Positions 9,244-18,433 of a DNA stretch of 54,128 nucleotides are shown piece by piece; the first letter of the stretch is position 1, and each line of letters opens with the position of its first letter. Under the pieces are notes generated by a model. The model was not told the origin of the DNA, did not search any database, and worked only from the letters and a program-made list of their open reading frames with translations. The position numbers and the translations under genes are program-made. Location: positions 1-54,128 of IMG/VR virus record IMGVR_UViG_3300048575_000457; one strand, 5' to 3'. Source of the stretch: a virus. Lineage: Duplodnaviria > Caudoviricetes.

Positions 9244-10745
9244 TGTTCGCGGCGCTGTCCGACTGGCTCATCCGCCGCCGGCTGCGGCAGCATGGGCTGC
9301 GCAAGCGCCAGTACGCCGCCGCCCAGGTCACGCGCCTGACCGGCGACTGGCTGCCGCCGAACCTGCGCGTCAACGACCTCATCGCCGCGTCGGCTCCGGT
9401 CATTCGGGGCCGCGTGCGCCAGATGGTCCGGGACTTCCCGCCGTTTTACCGGGCCGTCAACAACATGGCCACCTTCATCATCGGCGACGGCATCCGCTTC
9501 CAGTCCCGGGCCACGACCCCGGACGGCACGCCGGCCAAGGGCGTGCGCCAGCAGATCGAAGACCGTTTCGCCGCCTGGATGGATGAGGCCGACGTTTCCG
9601 GCAAGCTCCATTTTCACGAGTTGCAGCAGCTCGCCGTGCGCCAGGACGGCGAGGCCGGCGAATACATCGCCGTCATCCGCCGGCCCAAACGCCCGGGCCG
9701 TCATCCTTTCGCCCTGCAATTTTACGAGTCCGAACGCCTCGGCGACTTTGGCGCGCGGGTCGAGGCCGGCAACAAGCTGCACCAGGGCGTTGAGTACGAC
9801 GCCGAGACCGGCGAGCGGGTGGCCTATCACTTTTGCGACGAGGGCTACGGCGCACCCACCCGCGTGGACGCCGGCCTGGTGCTCCACGATTTCCGCACCC
9901 TGCGCCCGGGGCAGCTTCGCGGCGTGTCGCCGTTCGCGGCCGCGCTGCTCATCGCCCGCGACCTCGACGACTACGTCAACGCCGAGGTGGACGCGGCCAA
10001 GATGGCTTCCAAGTGGCTGGCTTTCGTCACCTCGCCGAACCCGGCCGAAATGCAGGCCTTCCGTCTGGAAGGCAAGCCCGCTGGTCTCCAGGGGAAGCCC
10101 ACGGAAAGCCTGGAAAACGCCATCATCGAGTACCTGCGGCCCGGCGAATCCGTGAATTTCCAGAATCACAGCCGCCCAGGCGACCCCTTCGAGGCCTTCA
10201 ACCGTTTCGTGCTGCGGATGATTTCCATCGTCACGGACATGCCCTACGAGCTGCTGTCCGGCGACTATGCCGGCCTCAACTACACCACGCTGCGCGGTAT
10301 CCGCAACGATTTCCGCAAGATGCTGACGCCGCAGCAGTCCCGCCACATCCTGCACCTGTGCCGCCCGACCATGCGTCTTTGGACGGAGACCGAGGCGCTG
10401 CGCGACCCGTCTTTCCTGCCGGGCTATTACGCCGATCCGTCCCGCTATCTGCGCGGCGTGTGGATTCCGGCCGGCCTTCCCGAGACCGACCCGCAACGGG
10501 AGATCAAGGCCAACATCGAAGCCATCAAGGCCGGGCTCAAAGCGCCGCAGCAGGTCATCCTGGAGCGGGGCGACGATCCCGACGCCGTGCTCGACGCCCT
10601 GGCCGATTGGAAAACCATGTGCGCCGAGCGTGGCCTGGATTTCACCGAAGCGGTCGCGTCGGCGTCCACGGCCGTGGCCAACAATCCCGCCGCCCTCGAC
10701 GCCCAAGCCGACGGCAGCGATGGCCGGGCAAGGAGCATCCAATGA
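9243..10745 (+). CDS. Portal protein, lambda family
   Basis: RPGQLRGVSPFA, YLRPGESV, YELLSGDYAGLNYTTLR, DPQREIKA. Confidence 0.95.
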   Translation: MFAALSDWLIRRRLRQHGLRKRQYAAAQVTRLTGDWLPPNLRVNDLIAASAPVIRGRVRQMVRDFPPFYRAVNNMATFIIGDGIRFQSRATTPDGTPAKGVRQQIEDRFAAWMDEADVSGKLHFHELQQLAVRQDGEAGEYIAVIRRPKRPGRHPFALQFYESERLGDFGARVEAGNKLHQGVEYDAETGERVAYHFCDEGYGAPTRVDAGLVLHDFRTLRPGQLRGVSPFAAALLIARDLDDYVNAEVDAAKMASKWLAFVTSPNPAEMQAFRLEGKPAGLQGKPTESLENAIIEYLRPGESVNFQNHSRPGDPFEAFNRFVLRMISIVTDMPYELLSGDYAGLNYTTLRGIRNDFRKMLTPQQSRHILHLCRPTMRLWTETEALRDPSFLPGYYADPSRYLRGVWIPAGLPETDPQREIKANIEAIKAGLKAPQQVILERGDDPDAVLDALADWKTMCAERGLDFTEAVASASTAVANNPAALDAQADGSDGRARSIQ

Positions 10746-12802
10746 CCAGCAAACATCTGCCTGTCATCCGCACACGAAGCCAGGATGACCCCATGAAAAC
10801 CCGGGCGCTGTCCCTGCGTTTCGACGCCGGCGGCAAGCCGGCCAGCCTGGACGAGGCCGCGCGCTCGGTGGAGGTGGTCGGCGCGACCGAGACCGACCAG
10901 GTCGGCGTCTACGACTACGAGTTCGGCCGAGCGGTCCCGGAGATCCTGCTCATGGCCGGCTGCCGGCTGCCGGCCAGCGGCCGGGTGGTGCTGCTCGATT
11001 CCCATTCGCGGTGGGCGACGTCCTCGGTGGTCGGCAGCTTCCGCGAGATGCGCCTGGAGGCCGACAAGCTGGTGGGCAAAGCCGTGTTCTCGGCCCAGCC
11101 CGAAGGCGAATCTGCTTTTGCCAAGCTGCGCGAGGGGCATCTTTCGGACTTTTCCATCGGCTACCGGGTCAACGCCTACACCCGGGTGGAGGCTGGCAAG
11201 ACCGTCTCGGTCATGGGCCGGACCTTTACCGGCCCGGCGCTGGTAGCCACGGATTGGGAACCTTTTGAACTGTCGGTCTGCCCTATCGGGGCGGACCCCA
11301 ACGCCAAGGCCCGAGGGGCCGGGAGGGACAACGGAATGGACAAGCGGTTGCGTGAATTGCTGGAGGCGCGGGGCCTTCCCAAGGACGCCACCGAGGAACA
11401 GGCCTGGGCGTTTGCGCAAACGCTTGAAGCCCGTTCCGAGGGGCAGGGCGGCGAGGAAGGCGGGGCCGGCGAGGCGGGCCAGGGCCAGCGCGGCGCGGCT
11501 GCGGCCGCCATGGACAACAACGGCGACGCGGCCCGGGAACGGGCCGCAGGCGAAGCGGCCGAGCGCGCCCGCGCCCAGGAGATCCTCGGTATGGGCCGGC
11601 GCTTTGGCTGCGCCGAGCTGGCCGAAAAGCTCATCAGCGAAGGCGTCCCCGTGGACAAGGCCCGGGCGGCCGTGCTGGACCACCTGTCCGGCCAGCGCCA
11701 GGGCGGCCCGGCCTACAGCGTGGACGTCGGCCTGGACGAGCGCGACAAGTTCCGCGCGGCCATGGCCGACGGCCTCAAGCTGCGGGCCGGCATGGCCGTG
11801 GAGAGGCCGGCCCCGGGCGCGCTAGAGCTGCGCGGACTGACCCTGCGCGAGGCGGCCCGGGAATGCCTGCGCCGGGTCGGCGGGTCCGTGCCCGCCAACC
11901 CCATGGACATGATCGGCCGCGCCCTGACCACGTCCGATCTGCCGGTGCTGCTCGGCAGCGTGGCCAACCTCTCGCTCATGGAAGGCTACGCCGCCCAGTC
12001 CGAGACCTATGCCGCCTGGGTGGACGACACCGGGCAGGTCTCGGATTTCAAGATCCACACCATGGCCCGGGCCGGCGAAGCCGACGATCTGGAGGAAATC
12101 CCGGAATCCGGCGAATACACCTACGGCTCCCAGGACGAGGCCAAGGAGACCTACCAGGTCGCCACCTACGGCAAGATGTTCGCCGTGTCGCGCCAGGCCA
12201 TCATCAACGACAACCTGGCCGTGTTGACCGACATCCCGCGCCAGCACGGCGAAGCCGCCGCCCGCAAGATCGGCGACATCGCCTATGCCGTGCTCATCGC
12301 CAACGGCAAGATGGGCGACGGCAAGGCGCTGTTCCACGCCGACCACGGCAACCTGCTCCCCGCCGGCACCGTGGCCGTGGCCACCCTGGGCGCGGCCGAA
12401 ACGGCCATGCAGTCGCAAAAGGACATTCGCGGCCTGCGCCGTCTCAACATCCAGGCCCAGTTCCTGCTGGCCCCGGTGGCCAAGAAGACCCTGTTCGAGC
12501 AGTTCTTCGCCACCCAGCTCATCGGCGGCGAGGCCAATTCCCCGAACATCGCCAACATCTATTACGGCAACAAAATCCAGCGGGTCTACGAGCCGCGCCT
12601 GGACGACGATTCCCTGACCGCCTGGTATCTGGCCGGCCCCAAGGGCAAGACCGTGCGCCTGTATTTCCTCAATGGCGTGCGCGAACCCTATCTGGAGACC
12701 CGGCAGGGCTGGAGCGTCGACGGCGTCGAATACAAGGTCCGCCTGGACTGCGGGGCCAAGGCCCAGGATTGGCGCACCATGACCAAGAACCCCGGCGCGT
12801 AG
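10742..12802 (+). CDS. Prohead protease-scaffold-major capsid fusion (gpT-like capsid domain)
   Basis: LLDSHSR, FSIGYRV, WEPFELSVCPIGAD protease; TTSDLP, GEYTYG, SRQAIINDNL, DGVEYKVRLDCG capsid. Confidence 0.92.
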   Translation: MTSKHLPVIRTRSQDDPMKTRALSLRFDAGGKPASLDEAARSVEVVGATETDQVGVYDYEFGRAVPEILLMAGCRLPASGRVVLLDSHSRWATSSVVGSFREMRLEADKLVGKAVFSAQPEGESAFAKLREGHLSDFSIGYRVNAYTRVEAGKTVSVMGRTFTGPALVATDWEPFELSVCPIGADPNAKARGAGRDNGMDKRLRELLEARGLPKDATEEQAWAFAQTLEARSEGQGGEEGGAGEAGQGQRGAAAAAMDNNGDAARERAAGEAAERARAQEILGMGRRFGCAELAEKLISEGVPVDKARAAVLDHLSGQRQGGPAYSVDVGLDERDKFRAAMADGLKLRAGMAVERPAPGALELRGLTLREAARECLRRVGGSVPANPMDMIGRALTTSDLPVLLGSVANLSLMEGYAAQSETYAAWVDDTGQVSDFKIHTMARAGEADDLEEIPESGEYTYGSQDEAKETYQVATYGKMFAVSRQAIINDNLAVLTDIPRQHGEAAARKIGDIAYAVLIANGKMGDGKALFHADHGNLLPAGTVAVATLGAAETAMQSQKDIRGLRRLNIQAQFLLAPVAKKTLFEQFFATQLIGGEANSPNIANIYYGNKIQRVYEPRLDDDSLTAWYLAGPKGKTVRLYFLNGVREPYLETRQGWSVDGVEYKVRLDCGAKAQDWRTMTKNPGA

Positions 12803-12828
12803 CCGGCCGGCCAAGCGGAGAAACGGAT

Positions 12829-13176
12829 ATGAAAAACTACATCCAGAAAGGGGACCGGCTGGTCTACGAGGCCGCTGCGGCCGTGACCTCGGGCGCTCCG
12901 GTCGTCGTGGGCACGCGCATCGGCGTGGCGGCCGGCGACATCGCGGCCGGCGAATCCGGCGTGCTGGTCATGGAGGGCGTCTTCTCCCTGCCCAAGATCA
13001 CCGGGGCCATTGCCCAGGGCGTTGACCTCTACTTCGACGCCGACGGCGACCCGCTCGGCGGCGTGGCCGGCAGCGGCGCCCTGACGGCCACGGCCACGGG
13101 CAACGTGGCCGCCGGCTACGCCTTCGCGGCGGCCCTGGCCGCCGACACCCACGTGTTGGTGAAACTGGACGGCTAA
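12829..13176 (+). CDS. DUF2190-family capsid cement protein
   Basis: MKNYIQKGD...GVAAGDIAAGESGVLVMEGVFSLPK right after capsid gene. Confidence 0.88.
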   Translation: MKNYIQKGDRLVYEAAAAVTSGAPVVVGTRIGVAAGDIAAGESGVLVMEGVFSLPKITGAIAQGVDLYFDADGDPLGGVAGSGALTATATGNVAAGYAFAAALAADTHVLVKLDG

Positions 13177-13188
13177 ACAGCAACCCCG

Positions 13189-13222
13189 CCCGGGGCCGGA
13201 CGCTGCCACGTCCGGCCCGGGG
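13189..13222 (+). other. GC-rich hairpin between head operon and endolysin
   Basis: GGGCCGGACG-CTGCCA-CGTCCGGCCC stem, no U-tract. Confidence 0.45.
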
Positions 13223-13235
13223 CCTGGGAGGCTCC

Positions 13236-14255
13236 ATGATTCCCCAAGACCTCAAGCATTTCCGCGCCGCCGAGTTCAAGGCCCCGTCCACCGCCGTGGA
13301 TTCGCGTCTGTGCTACGGCCTGGACGCGCTGCGCGAGACCGTGGGCGGCCCGGTGGTCATCCACTGCACATTCGACACGGACGGCCATGAGCCGGCCTCG
13401 CGCCACAAGCTGTCGCCCTGCGACGCGGCCGATCTGCATGTGGTCGGCGTGCCGCCGGCAACCGTGCTGCGGGCCATCCTGGCCGGCGGCTGGGGCGGCG
13501 TGGGCTGGTACCCGCACTGGAACAATCCCGGCTGGCACCTCGATCTGCGGCCCGTGCCGCGCAAATTCTGGGTGCGCACCAAGGACGGCTACGTCTACGG
13601 CCTGCCCGTGTTGCTCAAGGCCGTCGGCCTCACGTTGGAGGACGTGGAGAACGCCGGGCCGTGCCCGTCCGACGCTTTCCGGGCGGCCCATGCCTTCACG
13701 GCCAAAGCCGAAGGCGGCCTGACCCGCGACGCCGGCGGCGCGACCAACCACGGCGTGTCGTTTCGCCTGCTGCGCCAGCTCTCGCCCGAGCTGGGCGACA
13801 TCGACCGCGACGGCGACGTGGACGAGGACGACATCCGGGCGCTCACGCCCGAAGACGCCCAGCGGCTCATGAAGCTGCTGTTCTGGGACGGCCTCAAGCT
13901 GGACGCCATTGCGCCCATCACGGCGTGTTCGGTCTACGACTTCGCGGTCAACGCCGGCCCGAAACAGGCGGTCAAGGCGCTCCAGCAGTCGTGCCGGTAC
14001 TACCCCCAGGTGGAGCTGCTCCTTGACGGCATCCTCGGCCCCAAGACCAGGAACACGGTCAACAGCATCGCCAGCAATCCCGCACGGGACATGATCCTGG
14101 CCCAACGCGTCACCCGGCAGCGGCGCAATCTCTACGCCGCCTTGCACAAGGCCGATCCGCGCCAGCCGCTCGCCGGCTGGCTGAACCGCTGCGATGCCCT
14201 GGACAGTTATTGTTTGCATCTCGTCGGCATGGCTGCCGTCAGGGCGGACGCATGA
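13236..14255 (+). CDS. Modular endolysin: M15-like peptidase + GH108 lysozyme + PG-binding domain
   Basis: SRH...AADL...GVGWY...WHLDLR; EGGLTRDAGGATNHGVS; YDFAVNAGP, DGILGPKT, GWLNR. Confidence 0.85.
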   Translation: MIPQDLKHFRAAEFKAPSTAVDSRLCYGLDALRETVGGPVVIHCTFDTDGHEPASRHKLSPCDAADLHVVGVPPATVLRAILAGGWGGVGWYPHWNNPGWHLDLRPVPRKFWVRTKDGYVYGLPVLLKAVGLTLEDVENAGPCPSDAFRAAHAFTAKAEGGLTRDAGGATNHGVSFRLLRQLSPELGDIDRDGDVDEDDIRALTPEDAQRLMKLLFWDGLKLDAIAPITACSVYDFAVNAGPKQAVKALQQSCRYYPQVELLLDGILGPKTRNTVNSIASNPARDMILAQRVTRQRRNLYAALHKADPRQPLAGWLNRCDALDSYCLHLVGMAAVRADA

Positions 14256-14500
14256 CCGCCGCCGAAAAGCTCACCTCGCGCAAGCTGCTCGTGGCCCTGG
14301 CCGCCATCGCGGCCATTGCCGTGTGCCCGCGCCTGGGCTGGACCCTGTCCGACGTGGACGTCAAAGCCATCACCGACATCGCCATGACGGCCATAGGCGG
14401 CCAGGCCTGCATCGATCTGGCCGGCCGGGCGTTGCCCGTGGCCGCCGCCTGGCTCTCCGGCCGCACACCGACCGCACCCGCCGAGGAGTCCAAGCCGTGA
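14252..14500 (+). CDS. Small membrane protein, putative holin
   Basis: KLTSRKLL followed by hydrophobic segments; follows endolysin. Confidence 0.6.
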   Translation: MTAAEKLTSRKLLVALAAIAAIAVCPRLGWTLSDVDVKAITDIAMTAIGGQACIDLAGRALPVAAAWLSGRTPTAPAEESKP

Positions 14501-15081
14501 AGCAGCTCGAAACCATCCCCTACCGCGACGGCGGCCGGGAACTGTGCGTCACCGGCTCCTGCCTGCTCACCGCCGCCGACACGGCGCTGGGCCGCGCCAT
14601 CCGGTTTTTCCAGGGCGGCGGGGCCTTTTGCTCCCATGCCGCGCCGGTGGTGCGGTTCCCGGAAGAGTTTGTGGGGCGCGACCGCGTGACCCTCATAGAG
14701 GCCCTGGAACATGGTCTGACGCCCACATACCTCAGCCGGTACTTTAAGGATTTCGACGGCCGGCTGTTTCTCTTCACCCCGGCTGGGCTGACCGAGCTGT
14801 TCCAGGCCCGGTTCGCGGCCTGGCTGGTGGACCGCATGTGCGCCGAGACGCCCTACGGCTACCGCGATTTGGTGCGCCAGACGCGCGGCCGGGTGGAGCA
14901 GGACGACAAAGCGCTTTTTTGCTCCGAGGCCTACGGCATGGCTCTGGAAGCGGCCGGCCTGCCGCGCCTGGCCGAGGCTCCGGCCGGGCTGGCCCCGCAG
15001 CCCAGCGACATTCCGAACTGGTGGCTCGGCCGCGTGGTCGAGCTGGTCGGCCCCTTCGGGGCGCAGGAGGCGGCGGCGTAA
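14497..15081 (+). CDS. Permuted papain-like (YiiX/YebB NlpC/P60) amidase
   Basis: AIRFFQ...CSHAA, LIEAL, PYGY, LFCSEAY, P.PSDI motif order (His before Cys). Confidence 0.72.
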   Translation: MKQLETIPYRDGGRELCVTGSCLLTAADTALGRAIRFFQGGGAFCSHAAPVVRFPEEFVGRDRVTLIEALEHGLTPTYLSRYFKDFDGRLFLFTPAGLTELFQARFAAWLVDRMCAETPYGYRDLVRQTRGRVEQDDKALFCSEAYGMALEAAGLPRLAEAPAGLAPQPSDIPNWWLGRVVELVGPFGAQEAAA

Positions 15082-15581
15082 TGATGATGCGGGAAGTCCT
15101 CGAATCCCTGGTCGGGGCGTTGCAGGGGCTCCTTGGCGACTACGCCGCCAAGGCCGTAGGCGCGACCGTGGCCACCTCGGTGCTGGTCTGGGTCGGCGGC
15201 CAGGACAGGCTGCTGGAAGTGCTCTTTCTCCTGGTCTGCATCGATTTCGCCCTGGGAGTGGCCCACGGCTGGAGCGTCGGCCGGCTGTCGCGCAGCAAGT
15301 TCATGTACGGGCTGGCGAAATTCGTCCTGTACTACCTGACCCTGCTGTGCGCCGCATTGCTGGATGCGGCGTGCAACGCCAAGGCCGCCGCCTTCATCCA
15401 CGTGGATTTCCGGGGCTTCCTCATCCTCTATCTGTGCTTCAACGAGGCCATTTCCGTGTTCGGCCATCTGCACTTCTTCGGCGTGCCGCTGCCGGAATGG
15501 CTCATGCGCCGGTTGCGCGACTACCGGGATTGCAAGGTGTTCGCCGACCGGCATGTGCCCGGACCCGGGGGCAAGCCGTGA
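15081..15581 (+). CDS. Phage holin (toxin secretion/phage lysis holin family)
   Basis: IDFALGV, GLAKFVLY, NEAISVFGHL..FGVPLPEWL; several TM segments. Confidence 0.8.
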   Translation: MMMREVLESLVGALQGLLGDYAAKAVGATVATSVLVWVGGQDRLLEVLFLLVCIDFALGVAHGWSVGRLSRSKFMYGLAKFVLYYLTLLCAALLDAACNAKAAAFIHVDFRGFLILYLCFNEAISVFGHLHFFGVPLPEWLMRRLRDYRDCKVFADRHVPGPGGKP

Positions 15582-15583
15582 CC

Positions 15584-15934
15584 ATGAACGCCACCGGCCG
15601 CTTCGAGGCCGCCATCCTGGCCGCTTTTGTGCGCTTGCCCGGCGTGCTGCCGGCCGTCTACCGGCCCAAGGCCGGGGGCGAGGTGGGGACCTACGCCCAG
15701 GTCGAGAACCGCCAGACCGAGACCGAGGCCCGTGTGCGCGGCGAGTTCGCCGAAATCCGCGTCCCGGCCAGGGACGTGCCGGACCCGGCGGTAGACGATG
15801 TAGTCGAGGTAGCTGGCGTCGTCTGGCAGATGCGGCCGTCCACGGACCAATTCATCCAGCGTCGGCAGGACGGGCCGTTCTGGGTGGTGCGCTGCCGGAC
15901 CGGCTTGCGGGCCACGTTGGCCGGGGGGCGCTAA
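15584..15934 (+). CDS. Putative head-closure / head-tail joining protein
   Basis: Size, position, P.VDDVVEVAGVVW motif. Confidence 0.6.
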   Translation: MNATGRFEAAILAAFVRLPGVLPAVYRPKAGGEVGTYAQVENRQTETEARVRGEFAEIRVPARDVPDPAVDDVVEVAGVVWQMRPSTDQFIQRRQDGPFWVVRCRTGLRATLAGGR

Positions 15935-16614
15935 TGCTGCACTTGGAGACCGAAACCCTCATGCAGCAGATGGCAGTCCAGGCGGACGCCATCAAGCATA
16001 TTCCTCGCGCCCGAAGCGCGGCGCTCTCTTCCGTGGGGCACGAAGTCCGCATCTTGCTGCAACGCTTTCAGCGGACTCTGGCCGAGATCAATCCGCATAC
16101 CCCGATTCTGTCTCTGGCAATGCAACGGGCGCGCGCGCCGAAGGAACGCAATGCCGGTGGTTGGGTCTACAAGTACGAAGGGCGCGGCAAGAAACGTCGT
16201 CGTTTGAAGCATTTTCAAAGAATAGGCGGCGCGAAACGCGGGACGGGATTTGCTGACGACGATGAAAAGCCGGCCTTTCGAAAGATCGTCAAGGCCGTCC
16301 GATACAGCATCGAAGACGGCAAACAGGTGCGCATCGGCTTTTTCAAGGGGGCCTCCAAGTCCATCGACTACGGGCTGGCCTATCTGGTCGCCCGGCAGGC
16401 CGAAGCCAAGAGTTTTCCCATTACCCGCAAGATGCGCCGGTTTCTTTTTTCCGCCGGGATGCCTGTCCGTTCGGGGACGACGTTGCACCGTCCGGCCCGC
16501 GACTGGTTCCGTCCGGTTTTGGAAAACAACAGGGCCTTTTTCCTGGGCCACTTCAACAAGGAATTTCTGGATTCGATCCAACTGTATCTGGCCGGGAGGG
16601 GGCATCGCCGATGA
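15934..16614 (+). CDS. Putative neck/tail completion protein (basic)
   Basis: Position; ITRKMRRFL...PARDWFRP morphogenesis-protein-like motif. Confidence 0.55.
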   Translation: MLHLETETLMQQMAVQADAIKHIPRARSAALSSVGHEVRILLQRFQRTLAEINPHTPILSLAMQRARAPKERNAGGWVYKYEGRGKKRRRLKHFQRIGGAKRGTGFADDDEKPAFRKIVKAVRYSIEDGKQVRIGFFKGASKSIDYGLAYLVARQAEAKSFPITRKMRRFLFSAGMPVRSGTTLHRPARDWFRPVLENNRAFFLGHFNKEFLDSIQLYLAGRGHRR

Positions 16615-17042
16615 ACGTGGAACAGTTCCTTGTCAGAGCCTTCACAGCCCTGGCCGCCTCGGCCGCTGTCTCGGATTTTTGCCAGGAACACTACGGCAAG
16701 CCGCTCACCCTGGCCTGCGGCGTGGACCCGGCCGTGGGCGTCGCCGAGGACGATTTGCCGGCGTGCAGCCTGTCCATCAACGACCATCAGTTTTCCAACG
16801 TCACCAAGGAAGTGACCGTGGAAATGGAAGCCGCCGTCGCCGTGTCGGACCAGGGCGAAATAGCGGTCGGCGGCGTGCTGATGCGCGCCGGCATGGTCCG
16901 ATCCCACCGGCTTCGCCAGCTCGTGCTGGAAGCGCTCATGGCCCCAGGGCTGGGCATCGTCAAGGCAGGCGGCGGTGTGGATGAACTGGTCATCGATCCG
17001 CTTTTCGTTTCGTACTCGAACATCACCATAACCACAAAGTAG
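16611..17042 (+). CDS. Putative tail terminator
   Basis: 143 aa immediately before tail tube; DDLPAC motif. Confidence 0.55.
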   Translation: MNVEQFLVRAFTALAASAAVSDFCQEHYGKPLTLACGVDPAVGVAEDDLPACSLSINDHQFSNVTKEVTVEMEAAVAVSDQGEIAVGGVLMRAGMVRSHRLRQLVLEALMAPGLGIVKAGGGVDELVIDPLFVSYSNITITTK

Positions 17043-17051
17043 GAGGCCATC

Positions 17052-17795
17052 ATGGCGGGTATCCTGTTTTCCGGCGACGTCTTTTTCGACCGCCAGGACG
17101 ACAACGGCAACAGCACCGGGCTGGTGCACATCGGCAACGCCAGCCAGTTTTCCATCACCGAGGCGTCGACCATCAAAGAACGCACGTCCAAGATGCGCGC
17201 CAGCTACGGCCAGGTGCTCGATTCCGTGGCCATCAAGTCGCCGGCCAAGGTCGCCTTGACCCTGGACGACATGAACAAGGCCAATCTGGCCTTGGTACTT
17301 CTCGGCAAGGATGCCGTGGCCAATCAGGCCGCCGCCGCCAGCCAGACCAAGAACTTCGACCTGACCACCGTGGACGCCGGCATCTACCATGAAATCGGGG
17401 CCACCCGCATCACCGTGGCCTCGGTCAAGATCGGCGCCGACGCGGTGGACGCCAACGCCTACGTGCTCGACGCCGACGCCGGCCTCATCATGTTCACCGA
17501 CAGCGCCCCGGACACGGGCACGCTGGTCGTCACCTATTCCGTGCCGGCCATGGCCGGTTACGTGATTTCCGGCGGTGCGTCGCCCACGGTCAAGGGCCGT
17601 CTGTTGCTCAAGGGCAAGAACCTCGCCGACATGTCGGCGGGCATCGTGGACGTGGCCGAGGCCGTGCTGACGCCCAAGTCGGGCCTGGATTTCCTGGCCT
17701 CGGACTTCGCCTCGGCCCAGCTCGAAGGCACGCTCAACACGCCGGCCGGCGCGTCGGCCCCCTACACCGTCACGGTGCTGGCGGCGGCGGCCTAA
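17052..17795 (+). CDS. Major tail tube protein
   Basis: Strong RBS AGGAGG; FSGDVFF...IGNA; precedes chaperone and tape measure. Confidence 0.8.
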   Translation: MAGILFSGDVFFDRQDDNGNSTGLVHIGNASQFSITEASTIKERTSKMRASYGQVLDSVAIKSPAKVALTLDDMNKANLALVLLGKDAVANQAAAASQTKNFDLTTVDAGIYHEIGATRITVASVKIGADAVDANAYVLDADAGLIMFTDSAPDTGTLVVTYSVPAMAGYVISGGASPTVKGRLLLKGKNLADMSAGIVDVAEAVLTPKSGLDFLASDFASAQLEGTLNTPAGASAPYTVTVLAAAA

Positions 17796-17798
17796 CCC

Positions 17799-18197
17799 AT
17801 GGATGCGCCGCGCCAGCACATCCCGCGCGAGGTCGTCGTCACCGTCCACGGCCAGCCGGTCGTTGTCCGCGAGATCACGCCGACACAGGCCCCGGTGGTC
17901 TTCGGGTTCCTGGAGCGCCTCACGGCCGGGCTGGCCGGCGTCTCGGGGCTGGAGGCCCTGTCCCGGCTGGTGCTGGACGATTCGGCCATCCAGGCCTGGA
18001 TCGTGGCCGAATGCACAGATTCGCCCTGGCCGGTGGAGACGCTGGGGCTGGTGGCGACCATGAAGATCCTGCGAGCCTGGTTCGAGGTCAACGCCGATTT
18101 TTTCGGCGAAGCCCTGACCTGGACGGCAATGGCGAAGACGCTCCTCGCCGGCCCCGCCCCGGACATGGGCGCGATGCCGATGGAGCAGGCGGCGTAA
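17799..18197 (+). CDS. Tail assembly chaperone (G-like)
   Basis: Between tube and TMP; EVNADFF motif overlapping slippery site. Confidence 0.8.
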   Translation: MDAPRQHIPREVVVTVHGQPVVVREITPTQAPVVFGFLERLTAGLAGVSGLEALSRLVLDDSAIQAWIVAECTDSPWPVETLGLVATMKILRAWFEVNADFFGEALTWTAMAKTLLAGPAPDMGAMPMEQAA

Positions 18198-18433
18198 CGC
18201 TGCGCATCGCCCGGGCCGTGGACCGCCTCATGCGGCGCGGCCACGGCCCGGCGGTGTACGGCTACGGCTGGGGCTGGTTCGTGCTGTGCCTGCGCCTGGC
18301 TGGTGAAGAGGATAAGGCCGCCGCCAAGGCGCGCCGGCTGGAGCGGCTGGGGCAAGCCCTGGACATGGCCATGGCCTTTCGCGCGGACGGCAAGGATTTG
18401 CAGGACTATTTCGACAAGCTGGGGAGGGAGTAA
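18098..18433 (+). CDS. -1 frameshift extension of the tail chaperone (GT-like)
   Basis: In-frame T TTT TTC at 18098-18104; -1 frame open to 18433, adjacent to the TMP ATG. Confidence 0.72.
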   Translation, partial: FFRRSPDLDGNGEDAPRRPRPGHGRDADGAGGVTLRIARAVDRLMRRGHGPAVYGYGWGWFVLCLRLAGEEDKAAAKARRLERLGQALDMAMAFRADGKDLQDYFDKLGRE

